Numbered from the stretch's first letter, positions 50,140-60,504 are shown. The stretch is DNA of 64,000 bases from Gammaproteobacteria bacterium (GCA_037381915.1 JARRQJ010000005.1:21097-85096), one strand, 5' to 3'. Numbers and translations: made by a program. The notes: generated by a model from the letters alone, not told the origin.

Positions 50140-50912
50140 AAAAGGCGGTGAAATATATACTGCTCGGCGTGGTGATGTATATGGTCTTCCTGGCGGGAAC
50201 CTTGCCGGCACCGTGGATATACAGCCATTGGCTCCATGCCCGTCTGGGAAACTGGGTGTTGTACGGCGTGCAGGGCACGGTCTGGGAAGGGCGCGCCACC
50301 TTGGCGCGATCGGGGAATCTTGAGGTAGACAACCTGCATTGGGATTTCCATCCCTTGAGTCTGCTGCTGGGCAGGGTGGAAGTGGGCTTGCACTTTGAAT
50401 ATGCGGCGGCGCCTAGCGCCATGGTAGTGGGTCGAAGTTTCACCGGCGCCTGGCATGCCGATGATGTCGACCTGGAACTGCCCGCCGAACGCTTGACCCC
50501 CCTGCTGCGCCTGCCCGGCGCCCAACTGGGCGGCAAACTGAGGGTCAACTTGTCCGAACTCACGGTGAAGCAGGGGCGGATAACGGCGGCCGCGGGCAGT
50601 GTGGCGTGGGAGAAGGCCGCGGTGCGTAAACCGGTGGCGGTGGACCTGGGGACCTTCACGGTCGATCTTAAAACCACCGCGGAGGGTGTCAGCGGTACCT
50701 TGCTGGATCATGGCGGCGCGGTGCAGGCACAGGGGATATTGAAATTGAACGCCGACGGCAAATACCGATTTACGGCAACGTTTGCCTCGCGCGACCCACG
50801 GCAACCCCTCATCACCCAGGGCTTGCGGCTCTTCGGTACCCCGGGTCCCGATGGTCGGGTCAAATATTCGGCCGCGGGTGTCGTGCCGTCCCTCATTCCT
50901 GGGACCGTTTGA
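50136..50912 (+). CDS. gspN: T2SS protein GspN
   Basis: TM anchor plus GspN-like periplasmic domain; last gene of the operon. Confidence 0.75.
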   Translation: MKKAVKYILLGVVMYMVFLAGTLPAPWIYSHWLHARLGNWVLYGVQGTVWEGRATLARSGNLEVDNLHWDFHPLSLLLGRVEVGLHFEYAAAPSAMVVGRSFTGAWHADDVDLELPAERLTPLLRLPGAQLGGKLRVNLSELTVKQGRITAAAGSVAWEKAAVRKPVAVDLGTFTVDLKTTAEGVSGTLLDHGGAVQAQGILKLNADGKYRFTATFASRDPRQPLITQGLRLFGTPGPDGRVKYSAAGVVPSLIPGTV

Positions 50913-51073
50913 TGCCCGGTCGTTTCGGCGGCTCAGGTCGAGCGGCATGTTCGCCGCCGATTCACGGTAATCTATGCCGGGTTGACAGAGTTCGGCGCGA
51001 GACAAGCATCCCGGCTTACTGCCGGACCGGGAATGGGGTGCCGGCGGGGTGAACGGTGTAACGAGGATGCGGA

Positions 51074-52075
51074 ATGTATTTTGTGCTGTTGGTGGTGATG
51101 TTGCTGGTGATCCTGGTGGCATCCGAGATCTTCGTCAATGCCCTGGAGCATTTGGGTGAACGCCTGAAGATTTCCGAGGGCGTCACCGGCTCATTGTTCG
51201 CCGCGGTGGGCACCGCCATGCCGGAGACCATGGTGCCATTGATCGCCCTGTTCGCCGGTACCGACAATCAAACCATCAACGAGGAAATCGGTGTCGGCGC
51301 GATCCTGGGCGCGCCATTGATGCTGGTGACCCTGGCCATGGGTCTGTTGGCGATCGCTACGCTGCGCAAGCGCGGTTTAGGCGGGGCGTTTCACCCGGAA
51401 ATTTCCGGTATCCGCCGCGACCTCAATTTCTTTCTCCTGGCCTTCGGCGCCGCGACCGTGGCCCTGTTTGTTCCCCATCATCTCGCCGTTGTGCGTGTGG
51501 CCATCGCCTCGGTTCTGGTGTTGACTTATTTTGTCTATATCATGTTGACGCTGCGCGCTTCGGAGAAGCTGGTGGAAAATGGCCATGCTACGGAGGCCGA
51601 TCATCCCATGCTGCTGAGCCGCATGGGCCTTCCCGATAATCTGTTCGTCGTGATGATCCAAATCGGCCTGGGTGTATCGCTGCTGATCGCGGGTGCGAAG
51701 GGTTTTATTTACGGTGTGGAACAGCTCGCGACGCACTTCGGCGTGTCGGCCTTGCTGATCTCCCTGCTGGTAGTGCCCATCGCCACTGAACTACCAGAGA
51801 AGGTCAACAGCATATTGTGGATCCGCCGCCGCAAGGATACCCTCGCTTTCGGCAATTTGACCGGCGCCATGGTATTCCAAGGGGCGTTGTTGCCGGCAAT
51901 CGGGGTGATGTTGACCCCGTGGGAACCACGCCATGAGGTGTTTGTCGGCGTCGTCATCACGCTCGGTGGTGCCTTGTGGTTGCGTTTTCTGATTAACAGC
52001 GGAGGTCTGCGGGTGTGGCATGCCATGGTCAACGGCGCCCTTTACCTGACATATCTGGCCGTGGTGTGGCGTTGA
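51074..52075 (+). CDS. Ca2+/cation antiporter (CaCA) family membrane protein, YrbG-like
   Basis: Two alpha-repeats, including GTAMPE (the GxSxPE alpha-1 motif). Confidence 0.8.
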   Translation: MYFVLLVVMLLVILVASEIFVNALEHLGERLKISEGVTGSLFAAVGTAMPETMVPLIALFAGTDNQTINEEIGVGAILGAPLMLVTLAMGLLAIATLRKRGLGGAFHPEISGIRRDLNFFLLAFGAATVALFVPHHLAVVRVAIASVLVLTYFVYIMLTLRASEKLVENGHATEADHPMLLSRMGLPDNLFVVMIQIGLGVSLLIAGAKGFIYGVEQLATHFGVSALLISLLVVPIATELPEKVNSILWIRRRKDTLAFGNLTGAMVFQGALLPAIGVMLTPWEPRHEVFVGVVITLGGALWLRFLINSGGLRVWHAMVNGALYLTYLAVVWR

Positions 52076-52085
52076 GCGGTGGCGC

Positions 52086-52649
52086 TCAATAGATCACGAC
52101 CTTGGTGCCCAGGGTGATCCACCGGGCCAGTTGGTCGATCTGTTTATTGGTAAGGGCGACGCAGCCTTCCGTCCAATTGGTGGTTTCATGGATAAAGCGA
52201 TTGCCGTGCCCGATGCCGTGGATACCGATATTGCCGCCCAAGGGCGTGTCCTGCGGAGGCAGGTCCCCATGGTAGATGGCCTGGTTAATGGCGGTATAGG
52301 TAGCGTAATCGATGAGATTGTGGCTCAGCGCCGCTTCGGCGTATTGCCGGTTGGGATAATCCAGGCCGAAGAACATGTGAAAACGGCTGTTGGGATTGAT
52401 CCAGGCGACGTGGAACACACCGAGGGGCGTTTTGCCGTCACCTTCGTGATGGTCGAGGGTGTAACCGTTGCGTCCCACGGAGATGTTACGAAATATTTTC
52501 TCGATGTGATTGCCTTTGAGGATGGACAGGGTTTGCTTGGCGACGTCGATCATCACCCACGGCTGCCCTGCAGCCTGGGCCTGGACAGGGGTGGTGGCAG
52601 CCAGCCAGATCAAACTCAAGCAAATGAGTACGCGGCGCATATGCTTCAC
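52086..52649 (-). CDS. Periplasmic L,D-transpeptidase (YkuD domain) protein
   Basis: Signal peptide plus YkuD catalytic motif (IGIHGI..., TNWTEGCVAL). Confidence 0.8.
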   Translation of the reverse strand: MKHMRRVLICLSLIWLAATTPVQAQAAGQPWVMIDVAKQTLSILKGNHIEKIFRNISVGRNGYTLDHHEGDGKTPLGVFHVAWINPNSRFHMFFGLDYPNRQYAEAALSHNLIDYATYTAINQAIYHGDLPPQDTPLGGNIGIHGIGHGNRFIHETTNWTEGCVALTNKQIDQLARWITLGTKVVIY

Positions 52650-52914
52650 CCATTGGTGGCGGGCAGTTGATCGAACCGGTTCACAACCGGGTACCTGCTA
52701 CTTAGGGTACCATAGCGGTCGGGAGATTTCCTGAGTGTCAAGGATGCGACTATCCTGCAAAGATAAACTGATAACATATTATTTTTTAGCGGTGCCGGGC
52801 CGCTAAGCTTAAGGAAACGGTTTGGACGGGAGCTTTACGGGGTTTTCACGGTCGTACACCCGAGAGGAGTGAGCGTCGGAATGGCGGGGCGGATAATGCA
52901 GGGAGATTTGCTCG

Positions 52915-54168
52915 GTGTCGCGTAAACCAATCGAAGCACGCTGTATATGGCGCACCGTACTGCTTGGGTGCTTGAGTCTCTGCGCCTACGCGCAGGCGAG
53001 TACCTACCCCTTGCCGCCGGGTGGACAGTTCATGGTAGGGCAATTACAGGACACCCGGGTGCAATCCGGCGACACGCTGTTGGACATCGCGCGGCGCTTC
53101 GATGTGGGCTTGGACGAGTTGGAGGACGCCAATCCCGGCGTTGATCCATGGTTGCCGGCGGTGGGCCAGCGGGTTGTGATCCCCAGCCAGTATATTTTGC
53201 CCAATGTCCCCCGCGAGGGCATCGTGGTCAACTTACCCGAGTTGCGGCTATATTATTTCCCACCGGCGAAGCCGGGTGGTCGGCGCGTGGTGATGACCTA
53301 TCCGGTGGGCATCGGTTCGGAAGGGCGGGCCATTCCCGTGACGCTCACCAGTGTCATCCAAAAGGAAATCGATCCCCGCTGGGTGGTGCCCGAGTCCATC
53401 CTCGCCGAGCATGAGGCGGAGGGCGATCCCTTGCCCAAGGTGGTGCCGCCGGGGCCGGATAATCCCCTGGGCCGTTACGCGATGCGTTTGGGTTTGGGAA
53501 GCTTTCTGATTCACAGTACCAACCATCCTTACAGCGTGGGCATGCGTATCAGCCATGGTTGCCTGCGTATGTATCCCGAGAATATCGAACAGCTTTTTGG
53601 CAAAGTGCCGGTTGGTACGCCGGTGCGCATCATCAATCAGCCCTATAAAGCGGGTTGGCAGGGGGACGTCTTATACCTAGAGGCCCATCCCCCCTTAGTG
53701 GAGTTAACCCATGCTGCCGAGACGGATCTGACCCCCATGGTGGTGGCCCTGACCAGGGTAGTCAGCCAACGCCTCAATGATCATGCCTGGCAGGCTGCGG
53801 TCCGGGTGGCGGGCCGGGATTCGGGTATCCCCACGCCGATATTTGCGGTGGGTGCCAAGCAGGCCCAAGCGGTGCTCGCCCATATCGAAGCGAGGAAGAT
53901 CGATGACCCGCGGTGGATGGTGCAGGTGGGCGTGTTTCACGACCGTGACAAGGTGCAACATGTGGCGAAGATGATGCAGAGTTTGGACCTCCCCGTCAGA
54001 GTGAGTAAGGCGGGGGAGAATCGCTTGTGCCGGATATTGGTGGGGCCGTTCCCTACGCGTAAGGTGGCGACGGTGACGGCCGACAGAATTTCTAAAAATA
54101 CCGGCCTGGACAATTTTCTGGTGCCGCAGCATCTCGCTTATGCCCCTGCTTGCCGGCTAAGTAATTGA
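52915..54168 (+). CDS. L,D-transpeptidase with N-terminal LysM and C-terminal SPOR domains (ErfK/YbiS/YcfS-like core)
   Basis: LysM (VQSGDTLLDIARRFDVGLDELEDANPGV), YkuD core (IHSTNHP...ISHGCLRM) and C-terminal SPOR (MVQVGVF...RILVGPFPTRKVA). Confidence 0.8.
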   Translation: MSRKPIEARCIWRTVLLGCLSLCAYAQASTYPLPPGGQFMVGQLQDTRVQSGDTLLDIARRFDVGLDELEDANPGVDPWLPAVGQRVVIPSQYILPNVPREGIVVNLPELRLYYFPPAKPGGRRVVMTYPVGIGSEGRAIPVTLTSVIQKEIDPRWVVPESILAEHEAEGDPLPKVVPPGPDNPLGRYAMRLGLGSFLIHSTNHPYSVGMRISHGCLRMYPENIEQLFGKVPVGTPVRIINQPYKAGWQGDVLYLEAHPPLVELTHAAETDLTPMVVALTRVVSQRLNDHAWQAAVRVAGRDSGIPTPIFAVGAKQAQAVLAHIEARKIDDPRWMVQVGVFHDRDKVQHVAKMMQSLDLPVRVSKAGENRLCRILVGPFPTRKVATVTADRISKNTGLDNFLVPQHLAYAPACRLSN

Positions 54169-54181
54169 CCGCCGCTTCGCG

Positions 54182-54211
54182 CCGGATGGCCGAGGTGAAA
54201 CGGCCATCCGG
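54182..54211. other. Stable 11-bp perfect hairpin (CCGGATGGCCG-AGGTGAAA-CGGCCATCCGG) without U-tract in a convergent intergenic region
   Basis: Seen directly. Not followed by a T-run on either strand. Confidence 0.4.
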
Positions 54212-54299
54212 ACTCCTTAGCTGCCTGTAACTGCGGGCGGCGCTTCCTGGTTCGCCGCGCCGGTCTACGGTGACGCGCGGCATGGCGTCCGCCCTTTTC

Positions 54300-54632
54300 T
54301 TATTTGCTCATGGCCTTCTTGAACATGCGGTCCGCCTTTTCATTGGCGTTATCGGCGGCCGTCTTGGCGGCGGCGGCATCTTGCTGAGCCTGGCTGGCCA
54401 TGTTCTTGGCGTCGTTGGCGTCCGCCTGCGCCTTGGAGGCGGCGTCCATGGCGCGGTCCGCTTCGCTCTTGGCGTCCGTAGCCAACTGTTTGGCATCATC
54501 GGCACTCTTCTTGGCTTCGTCGGCGGTCCTTTGCGCCTGATCTATCGAAGCTTTCAATTCACTGGTGGATGCGCAGCCGCCTAATATCAAGGCAAGTACC
54601 GGGATGGTGAGTAAGGCAGTCCTTTTTAACAT
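54300..54632 (-). CDS. Major outer-membrane lipoprotein, OprI/Lpp-like (alanine-zipper, C-terminal Lys)
   Basis: Lipobox ILGGC, Ala/Lys/Asp-rich coiled coil and C-terminus ...EKADRMFKKAMSK, resembling the Pseudomonas OprI C-terminus (...RALRMLEKASRK) with a terminal Lys for PG attachment. Confidence 0.75.
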   Translation of the reverse strand: MLKRTALLTIPVLALILGGCASTSELKASIDQAQRTADEAKKSADDAKQLATDAKSEADRAMDAASKAQADANDAKNMASQAQQDAAAAKTAADNANEKADRMFKKAMSK

Positions 54633-54958
54633 GTTGGTATTCCTCTTTTCGAATTGCTGTTGGGTAGATTATTTCCGAAAACCGGAGATTCTCCTGTGGC
54701 CGATAATGCGCTGCGTAACTTCTTCCAAGGCCGGGGAAGTGCATGGTTGAGACATTCCAATTGCTAAAGGTTCCAATGGTTCCAAAGCACCCGCTCAAAT
54801 TTTAGGGATTATCGTCATGGCTCGCAACTGCAAGTCTGGCGGCAATGTTATATTTCTGCTCCAGAAGGCGCGGCGGGGCGACTTTGACAGCTTGGTGAGG
54901 GTGGTACAGAATCCTTGGGCAACGCTGTTTTATCAAGCTCATCATAAGGCGGGGGGAA

Positions 54959-57037
54959 ATGGAGCCGGCTAAGTCCGTAGGAAAGCTTGTAATTTGGATA
55001 GGCGTGGCGGTGGCCGGCGCCGCCGCTTTAGGCGGTATCGCCCTGCATCGGGGTGAAACCATCAATAGCGTCTGGTTCGTCACCGCCGCCTTGTGCGTCT
55101 ATGCCCTGGGTTATCGGTTCTACAGCGCCTTCGTCGCCGCCAAGGTCCTGGCCCTGGACGCCAGCCGGGCCACACCCGCAGAGCGGTTGAACGACGGGCG
55201 TGATTACGTACCCACCAACAAATGGGTGGTGTTCGGCCACCACTTCGCCGCCATCGCCGGTCCCGGTCCGCTGGTTGGTCCGACCCTGGCGGCCCAATTC
55301 GGCTATCTTCCCGGGACCCTGTGGATCTTGATCGGCGCGGTGTTCGGCGGCTGCGTGCAGGATTTCGTCATCCTGTTCTTTTCCACCCGCCGCGACGGTC
55401 GTTCGCTGGGACAGATGGCCCGGGACGAACTGGGACCGGTGGGCGGGGTAGCGGCGCTCATCGGGGTCATGATGATCATGATCATCCTGATCGCGGTGCT
55501 GGGACTGGTGGTGGTCAACGCCATGAAACACAGTCCATGGGGGACCTCAACCATCGCCGCCACCATTCCCATCGCGATCCTGGTCGGTATTTACATGCGC
55601 AATATCCGCCCGGGACGGGTGTTGGAGGGGACCCTGATCGGCGTTGCCCTGCTGATATTGGCGGTGGCGGGCGGCGGTTGGGTCGATCACCATCAGATCC
55701 TGCGCACCTGGTTCGATTTCGACGCCCCCCACCTGGCGGTGCTGGTGATCGCCTACGGCCTTTGCGCCGCGGTACTGCCGGTGTGGTTGCTGCTGGCGCC
55801 GCGCGATTATCTTTCCACCTTCATGAAGATGGGGACCATGGCCTTGCTGTGCATCGCCATCGTGCTACTCCATCCTGAGGTGAAGATGCCGGCCCTGACC
55901 CAATTCGTTGACGGCACCGGGCCGATCTTCGGCGGCAAGCTGTTTCCCTTCGTGTTCATCACCATCGCCTGCGGAGCCATATCCGGTTTTCATTCCTTGA
56001 TCTCTTCGGGGACCACACCCAAGCTTCTCACCAACGAGGTCCATGCGCGCATGATCGGCTACGGGGGGATGATGATGGAATCCTTCGTTGCCATCATGGC
56101 GATGATCGCCGCCTGCGTCCTGGACCCGGGGGTGTTCTTCGCCATCAACAGTCCCGCCGGCGTGGTGGGCGGCGCGGCGGCGCAGGCGGTGGCGACGATT
56201 TCCGGCTGGGGCTTCCCCGTGTCCGCAGAGCAGATGAGCGCCCTGGCCCATACCATGGGCGAGGCGACCTTGTTCGCCCGCACCGGCGGCGCGCCCTCAC
56301 TGGCGGTGGGGATGGCCAGCATTTTCGGCAGCGCCTTCGGTACGGGCCTGCTCGCGATGTGGTACCACTTCGCCATCATGTTCGAGGCCTTGTTCATCCT
56401 GACCACGCTGGACGCCGGGACGCGGGTGGCGCGCTTCATGCTGCAGGACATGCTGGGCAATCTCTATGAACCTCTGGGACGCACCGCGTGGTACCCGGGG
56501 GTGATCACCACCAGCGGCGTGGTCGTGGCGGCCTGGGGCTATTTTCTCTACATGGGAACCATCGATCCCTTGGGGGGGATCAACAGTCTGTGGCCCCTGT
56601 TCGGCATATCCAATCAGATGCTGGCGGCGATCGCCTTGTGCGTCGCCACCACCATTCTCGTCAAATCCGGCAAGGCCCGTTACGCGTGGGTGACCGCGCT
56701 GCCCCTGGCCTGGCTGGTGATGGTGACCAGTTGGGCCGCGATCGAAAAGTTGTTTTCGCCGGAGTTGCGCGTGGGCTTTATCGCCAAGGCCAATGAACTG
56801 GCCGCGCAGTTGGCAAGTGGGAGTCTGCCGCCGGATAAAATCGCCGTCACCCAGCAACTCATCTTCAACATCCGGGTGGATGCCCTGTTGACCATTGTCT
56901 TTCTGGTAACCACCTGGGTCCTGGTATTCGAGACCGCGCGCGTCTCCCACAGGATCCTGAGCGGGCGTCGGCATCCGCCGCTCTCGGAGGCGCCCCATGT
57001 GCCCACCCGTATGGCCGAACAATGGATGCGGGACTAG
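54959..57037 (+). CDS. cstA: Carbon starvation protein A (CstA/BtsT family peptide/pyruvate transporter)
   Basis: 692-aa polytopic protein, collinear with CstA (SVWFVTAALCVYALGYRFYS, GPLVGP...). Confidence 0.9.
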   Translation: MEPAKSVGKLVIWIGVAVAGAAALGGIALHRGETINSVWFVTAALCVYALGYRFYSAFVAAKVLALDASRATPAERLNDGRDYVPTNKWVVFGHHFAAIAGPGPLVGPTLAAQFGYLPGTLWILIGAVFGGCVQDFVILFFSTRRDGRSLGQMARDELGPVGGVAALIGVMMIMIILIAVLGLVVVNAMKHSPWGTSTIAATIPIAILVGIYMRNIRPGRVLEGTLIGVALLILAVAGGGWVDHHQILRTWFDFDAPHLAVLVIAYGLCAAVLPVWLLLAPRDYLSTFMKMGTMALLCIAIVLLHPEVKMPALTQFVDGTGPIFGGKLFPFVFITIACGAISGFHSLISSGTTPKLLTNEVHARMIGYGGMMMESFVAIMAMIAACVLDPGVFFAINSPAGVVGGAAAQAVATISGWGFPVSAEQMSALAHTMGEATLFARTGGAPSLAVGMASIFGSAFGTGLLAMWYHFAIMFEALFILTTLDAGTRVARFMLQDMLGNLYEPLGRTAWYPGVITTSGVVVAAWGYFLYMGTIDPLGGINSLWPLFGISNQMLAAIALCVATTILVKSGKARYAWVTALPLAWLVMVTSWAAIEKLFSPELRVGFIAKANELAAQLASGSLPPDKIAVTQQLIFNIRVDALLTIVFLVTTWVLVFETARVSHRILSGRRHPPLSEAPHVPTRMAEQWMRD

Positions 57038-57047
57038 AATATCAATC

Positions 57048-57239
57048 ATGATTCGTGCCTTGACCCGCCTTAAGTACCTGTGGCAAGGGGTCCGCACCCT
57101 GACCGGTGAGGACGCCTATGAGCGTTATCTGGCCCATTGGCATGACCACCACGGCGCTGAGGGCGTTCCCCTGGATCGCAAGACCTTTTACAAGCAGCAT
57201 CAAGAGCGCAAGTGGAACGGCATAAGCCGTTGCTGTTAG
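57048..57239 (+). CDS. ybdD: Small YbdD/YjiX-family (DUF466) protein coupled to cstA
   Basis: About 63 aa ending ...RCC, overlapping the cstA stop. This pairing is conserved in enterobacteria. Confidence 0.8.
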   Translation: MIRALTRLKYLWQGVRTLTGEDAYERYLAHWHDHHGAEGVPLDRKTFYKQHQERKWNGISRCC

Positions 57240-57410
57240 GGCAGTTTTCTCAACAGCCTAGCCGCATTGCCCGCCGACCCAAGAAGAAACAACGCCGCGT
57301 CTTACCGCAGGCTTATGTAATTTTCTTCCAAAATATCCAGCACTTAATTCAATTCATGCGGCCAAGCACCTGTATTTGTAATGTAAAAAGCTGGTGAGTT
57401 GTAATTCTTT

Positions 57411-60383
57411 TTGACATCATGGGATGACGAGTCGGGGCGTGACCGCGAATTCGCCACGGACAGCCCACACTTTAGGAAGACGTCAACTAGCACGCCCCGT
57501 GTGGAAATAATCGGCAGTGATGGGTTCCTAAATAATATGTGGTCGGAGCTTCGCGCAGTGCGTCAACGTTACCTGGGTATAGTGGCAATAGGATTTGCCG
57601 CCGTGCCCGTGGTCGGCTATGGCGTTGCGCTCTGGCTGGGGAACTGGCACGACACTTCCTTATTCCTATCAGGCGCCGGTCGACTATTGGCGACATTCGC
57701 CGTCGGCTGGTGGCTGGTGGCCCTCGCCCACTACCGCCAGATCTTTACCTTACTGCTCCCTGGGGAAGGCGATGTCATCGTACAGCCCAAGCTCCTATCG
57801 CGGGGGCTTTCCCGGCTCCATAGCCACTATTGGCGCTGGTTGTGTGCCTATGTGGTGATTGCCTCCCTGATTTACGCCGCCGAACCCGCCACATCCGCCA
57901 CCGCGGCGGTGGATTGGCTGCGTTGTCTGCTGATTCAACTGGTGGTGGCGGTGCTGGTCGGAGTTCCCTTCTATCTGCTGGCCTTGAATGCCCTGGGCGG
58001 ATTTGCTGCGGCGGCGGGTCTGGAAAAGGCCCACGTCTTCGTTGAAAGCAAGCTGGTGCTGTCCGGGGTATTGGTGCCGTTGCTGGCCGGGATGGCCATG
58101 ATGTACTTCTACTGGTTGCGCACCGGATTATGGACGGAGGAGACATTGCTGGTGTGGAGCGGTTTGGGCGTGTTGGTCTTGAGCAGCGTGATGATCGGTT
58201 CGCGCAGCATCCTGAGGGCGCTGCAACCATTGCAGCCGGTGATAACAAATCAGGATACCGCCTCGTATTTGCAGAAATTGGCCGCCTTGCGCCCGACGTC
58301 GACCGACGACTTGGGGTTGCTCATCCAGTCTCTGAGTCGTTTGGGACACAGCCTGGAGGCCAAGGATCCAGAGATCCAGGCCCTCATCGATGCCGCTCCG
58401 GGCGGGATCCTGCTGACCGATGAAAGCGGCCATATCCAAATGTTCAACGCCGTCGCGGATGGCCTGCTCGGGTCGCGGCTGACCGAGCTGCAAGGTTTGC
58501 CGATTTGCGATTTATTGCCGGGTTTGCGCTGCGAAGGCGATTTACCGCTTCCCACGCGGGAGGCACAACAGCTGTGGGTGCAAAACCCGGATGGGCGCAA
58601 CCTCGCCCTGACGGCCAGGATCGCCGCAATGGAGCGTGGGGGCGGGCACGCCCGGTTTGTCTGCTTTCTTTCGGAAAACGAGTCCGATGAAAGGATGCGA
58701 CGGCACGCGCAGGAGACGGAATCCCGCTATGAGGATCTGGTGGAATCTTCCCGCGATTTGATCTGGAGCATGAATGAAGAGGGCCATTGGACATTCGTCA
58801 ACCGTGCGGCCAAGCATATCTACGGCGTCGAGCCGGCGGAATTGATCGGTTGCACCGTGCATGAATTTACCGAGCCCGATTATCTTAAACGGGAAAAGGC
58901 CGCGTATCAGGCGCTGTGGGAGGGAAAGGATTGGCTGGACTTCGAGAGCGTACATCATGATCGCGACGGGGCTCTCCATCATTTGCACTTCAGCGCCGTA
59001 ACGCGCAAGGATCAGCAGGGTAGGGTGGCAGCCATAAACGGCGTCACCCGCGATATCACCGAGCAAAAGGTCTATGAACAAAAACTCGCCTATCAGGCGT
59101 CCCATGACGCACTCACTGGCCTGTTCAATCGGAATTATCTGCATCAGGAGCTGGAGCGCATGGTGGCCAGGGTGGCGCGCGGCAACGAGTACGGGGTGTT
59201 GATGTTCGTAGACCTGGATCAGCTCAAGTTTATCAACGATACCATCGGTCACGGCGCCGGTGACCGCTTATTGGTGGAGGCAGGCCGCTTGCTGAAGAAT
59301 CACACCCGTGAGAGCGATCTGTTGGCGCGCTATGGTGGTGACGAGTTTACTGTGTTGCTTTACAACGTAGACGCGGAAGGCGCGCGCAAGGTGGCGGAAA
59401 ACATGCGGGCGCGGTTCGGCGAATTCAAATTTCTCGAAGGCGGTAACGCCTATTCCCTGACCTGCAGTATCGGTCTGGCGCTGATCGACGAAGGCGTGAA
59501 ATCGGCGGACGAATGCCTGGCGCAAGCGGAGCGCGCCTGCAAGAACGCCAAGACCCTGGGGCGGAACCAAGTGGTGTTTTACGACGCCGGCGTGACCAAA
59601 CGACCGGCGTTGCAGGACGCCACCTGGCTGGACCGCATCAAAGGATTGATAGAGAAAGAACACTATCAGTTGGTCTATCAACCCATCGCCTCCGTGACGA
59701 CCGGCAGCATTTACGACTACGAGGTGCTGGTGCGCATGGTTGAGAGCGAGGGACATTTGCTGAATCCCGGTGCATTCCTGCCTACGGCGGAGCGCCTGGG
59801 ATTGAGCCAGAGTCTGGATCGCTCCGTGGTATTGAAGTCGATTCAGGAGTTGGCGTTGCTGCGCGAAGCGGGACAATCGGTTCGGTTTTTCATCAACCTG
59901 ACTCCCGCCGCGATGCGCGACGATACGCTGCTGACCAGGATCCGCGACACGCTAGTGGAGACCAAGCTGGACGCCTCGGTGCTTACCTTCGAGATCAATG
60001 AGACCGCGGCGGTGGCCGATCTGGTCGCGGCCGCCGATTTTATCCGCGTTATTAAGGAGATGGGCGGCCGCGTGGTGTTGGAGCACTTCGGCTTGGGCTT
60101 CAGCTCTTTCACCTATCTCAAACACTTGCCGGTGGATGCGCTTAAGATCGACGGCTCCTATATACAAGGTTTGACGCAATCGGTGGTCAACCAGGTGGTG
60201 GTGCGATCCATCAATCAAGTCGCTCACGCCCTGGGCAAGGTCACGATCGCGCCCCATGTGGAAAACAAGGAAACCCTCATGCTGTTGCGTGATCTCGGCG
60301 TGGATTACGTGCAGGGTTATTACTTGGGGCGGCCGGAACGGGCCATCGGAGCCGAGCGCTATATCGCCACCGACATCCATTGA
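57411..60383 (+). CDS. Membrane-anchored PAS-PAS-GGDEF-EAL signalling protein (c-di-GMP turnover)
   Basis: N-terminal multi-TM sensor region, two PAS-like domains, intact GGDEF (RYGGDEFTV) and an EAL domain (EVLVRM...). The true start is possibly the Met at 57537. Confidence 0.85.
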   Translation: MTSWDDESGRDREFATDSPHFRKTSTSTPRVEIIGSDGFLNNMWSELRAVRQRYLGIVAIGFAAVPVVGYGVALWLGNWHDTSLFLSGAGRLLATFAVGWWLVALAHYRQIFTLLLPGEGDVIVQPKLLSRGLSRLHSHYWRWLCAYVVIASLIYAAEPATSATAAVDWLRCLLIQLVVAVLVGVPFYLLALNALGGFAAAAGLEKAHVFVESKLVLSGVLVPLLAGMAMMYFYWLRTGLWTEETLLVWSGLGVLVLSSVMIGSRSILRALQPLQPVITNQDTASYLQKLAALRPTSTDDLGLLIQSLSRLGHSLEAKDPEIQALIDAAPGGILLTDESGHIQMFNAVADGLLGSRLTELQGLPICDLLPGLRCEGDLPLPTREAQQLWVQNPDGRNLALTARIAAMERGGGHARFVCFLSENESDERMRRHAQETESRYEDLVESSRDLIWSMNEEGHWTFVNRAAKHIYGVEPAELIGCTVHEFTEPDYLKREKAAYQALWEGKDWLDFESVHHDRDGALHHLHFSAVTRKDQQGRVAAINGVTRDITEQKVYEQKLAYQASHDALTGLFNRNYLHQELERMVARVARGNEYGVLMFVDLDQLKFINDTIGHGAGDRLLVEAGRLLKNHTRESDLLARYGGDEFTVLLYNVDAEGARKVAENMRARFGEFKFLEGGNAYSLTCSIGLALIDEGVKSADECLAQAERACKNAKTLGRNQVVFYDAGVTKRPALQDATWLDRIKGLIEKEHYQLVYQPIASVTTGSIYDYEVLVRMVESEGHLLNPGAFLPTAERLGLSQSLDRSVVLKSIQELALLREAGQSVRFFINLTPAAMRDDTLLTRIRDTLVETKLDASVLTFEINETAAVADLVAAADFIRVIKEMGGRVVLEHFGLGFSSFTYLKHLPVDALKIDGSYIQGLTQSVVNQVVVRSINQVAHALGKVTIAPHVENKETLMLLRDLGVDYVQGYYLGRPERAIGAERYIATDIH

Positions 60384-60504
60384 TTCAGAGCGATTTCGGG
60401 ATCGGCGCGTACCCGGACATGATTTGTTCACGGATCTGGTGATCGGCAAAAAGTAGTCTATAGTTGTAATGGCGGTCCGCCGCTGTAGTTGTGTCCGAGC
60501 CGGC

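Noticed and set aside
54182-54211. Hairpin as an intrinsic terminator for the LysM-Ldt gene or the lipoprotein gene
   Set aside because: There is no U-tract on either strand. It may instead be an RNA-stabilising or REP-like element, but no second copy is present in the window.
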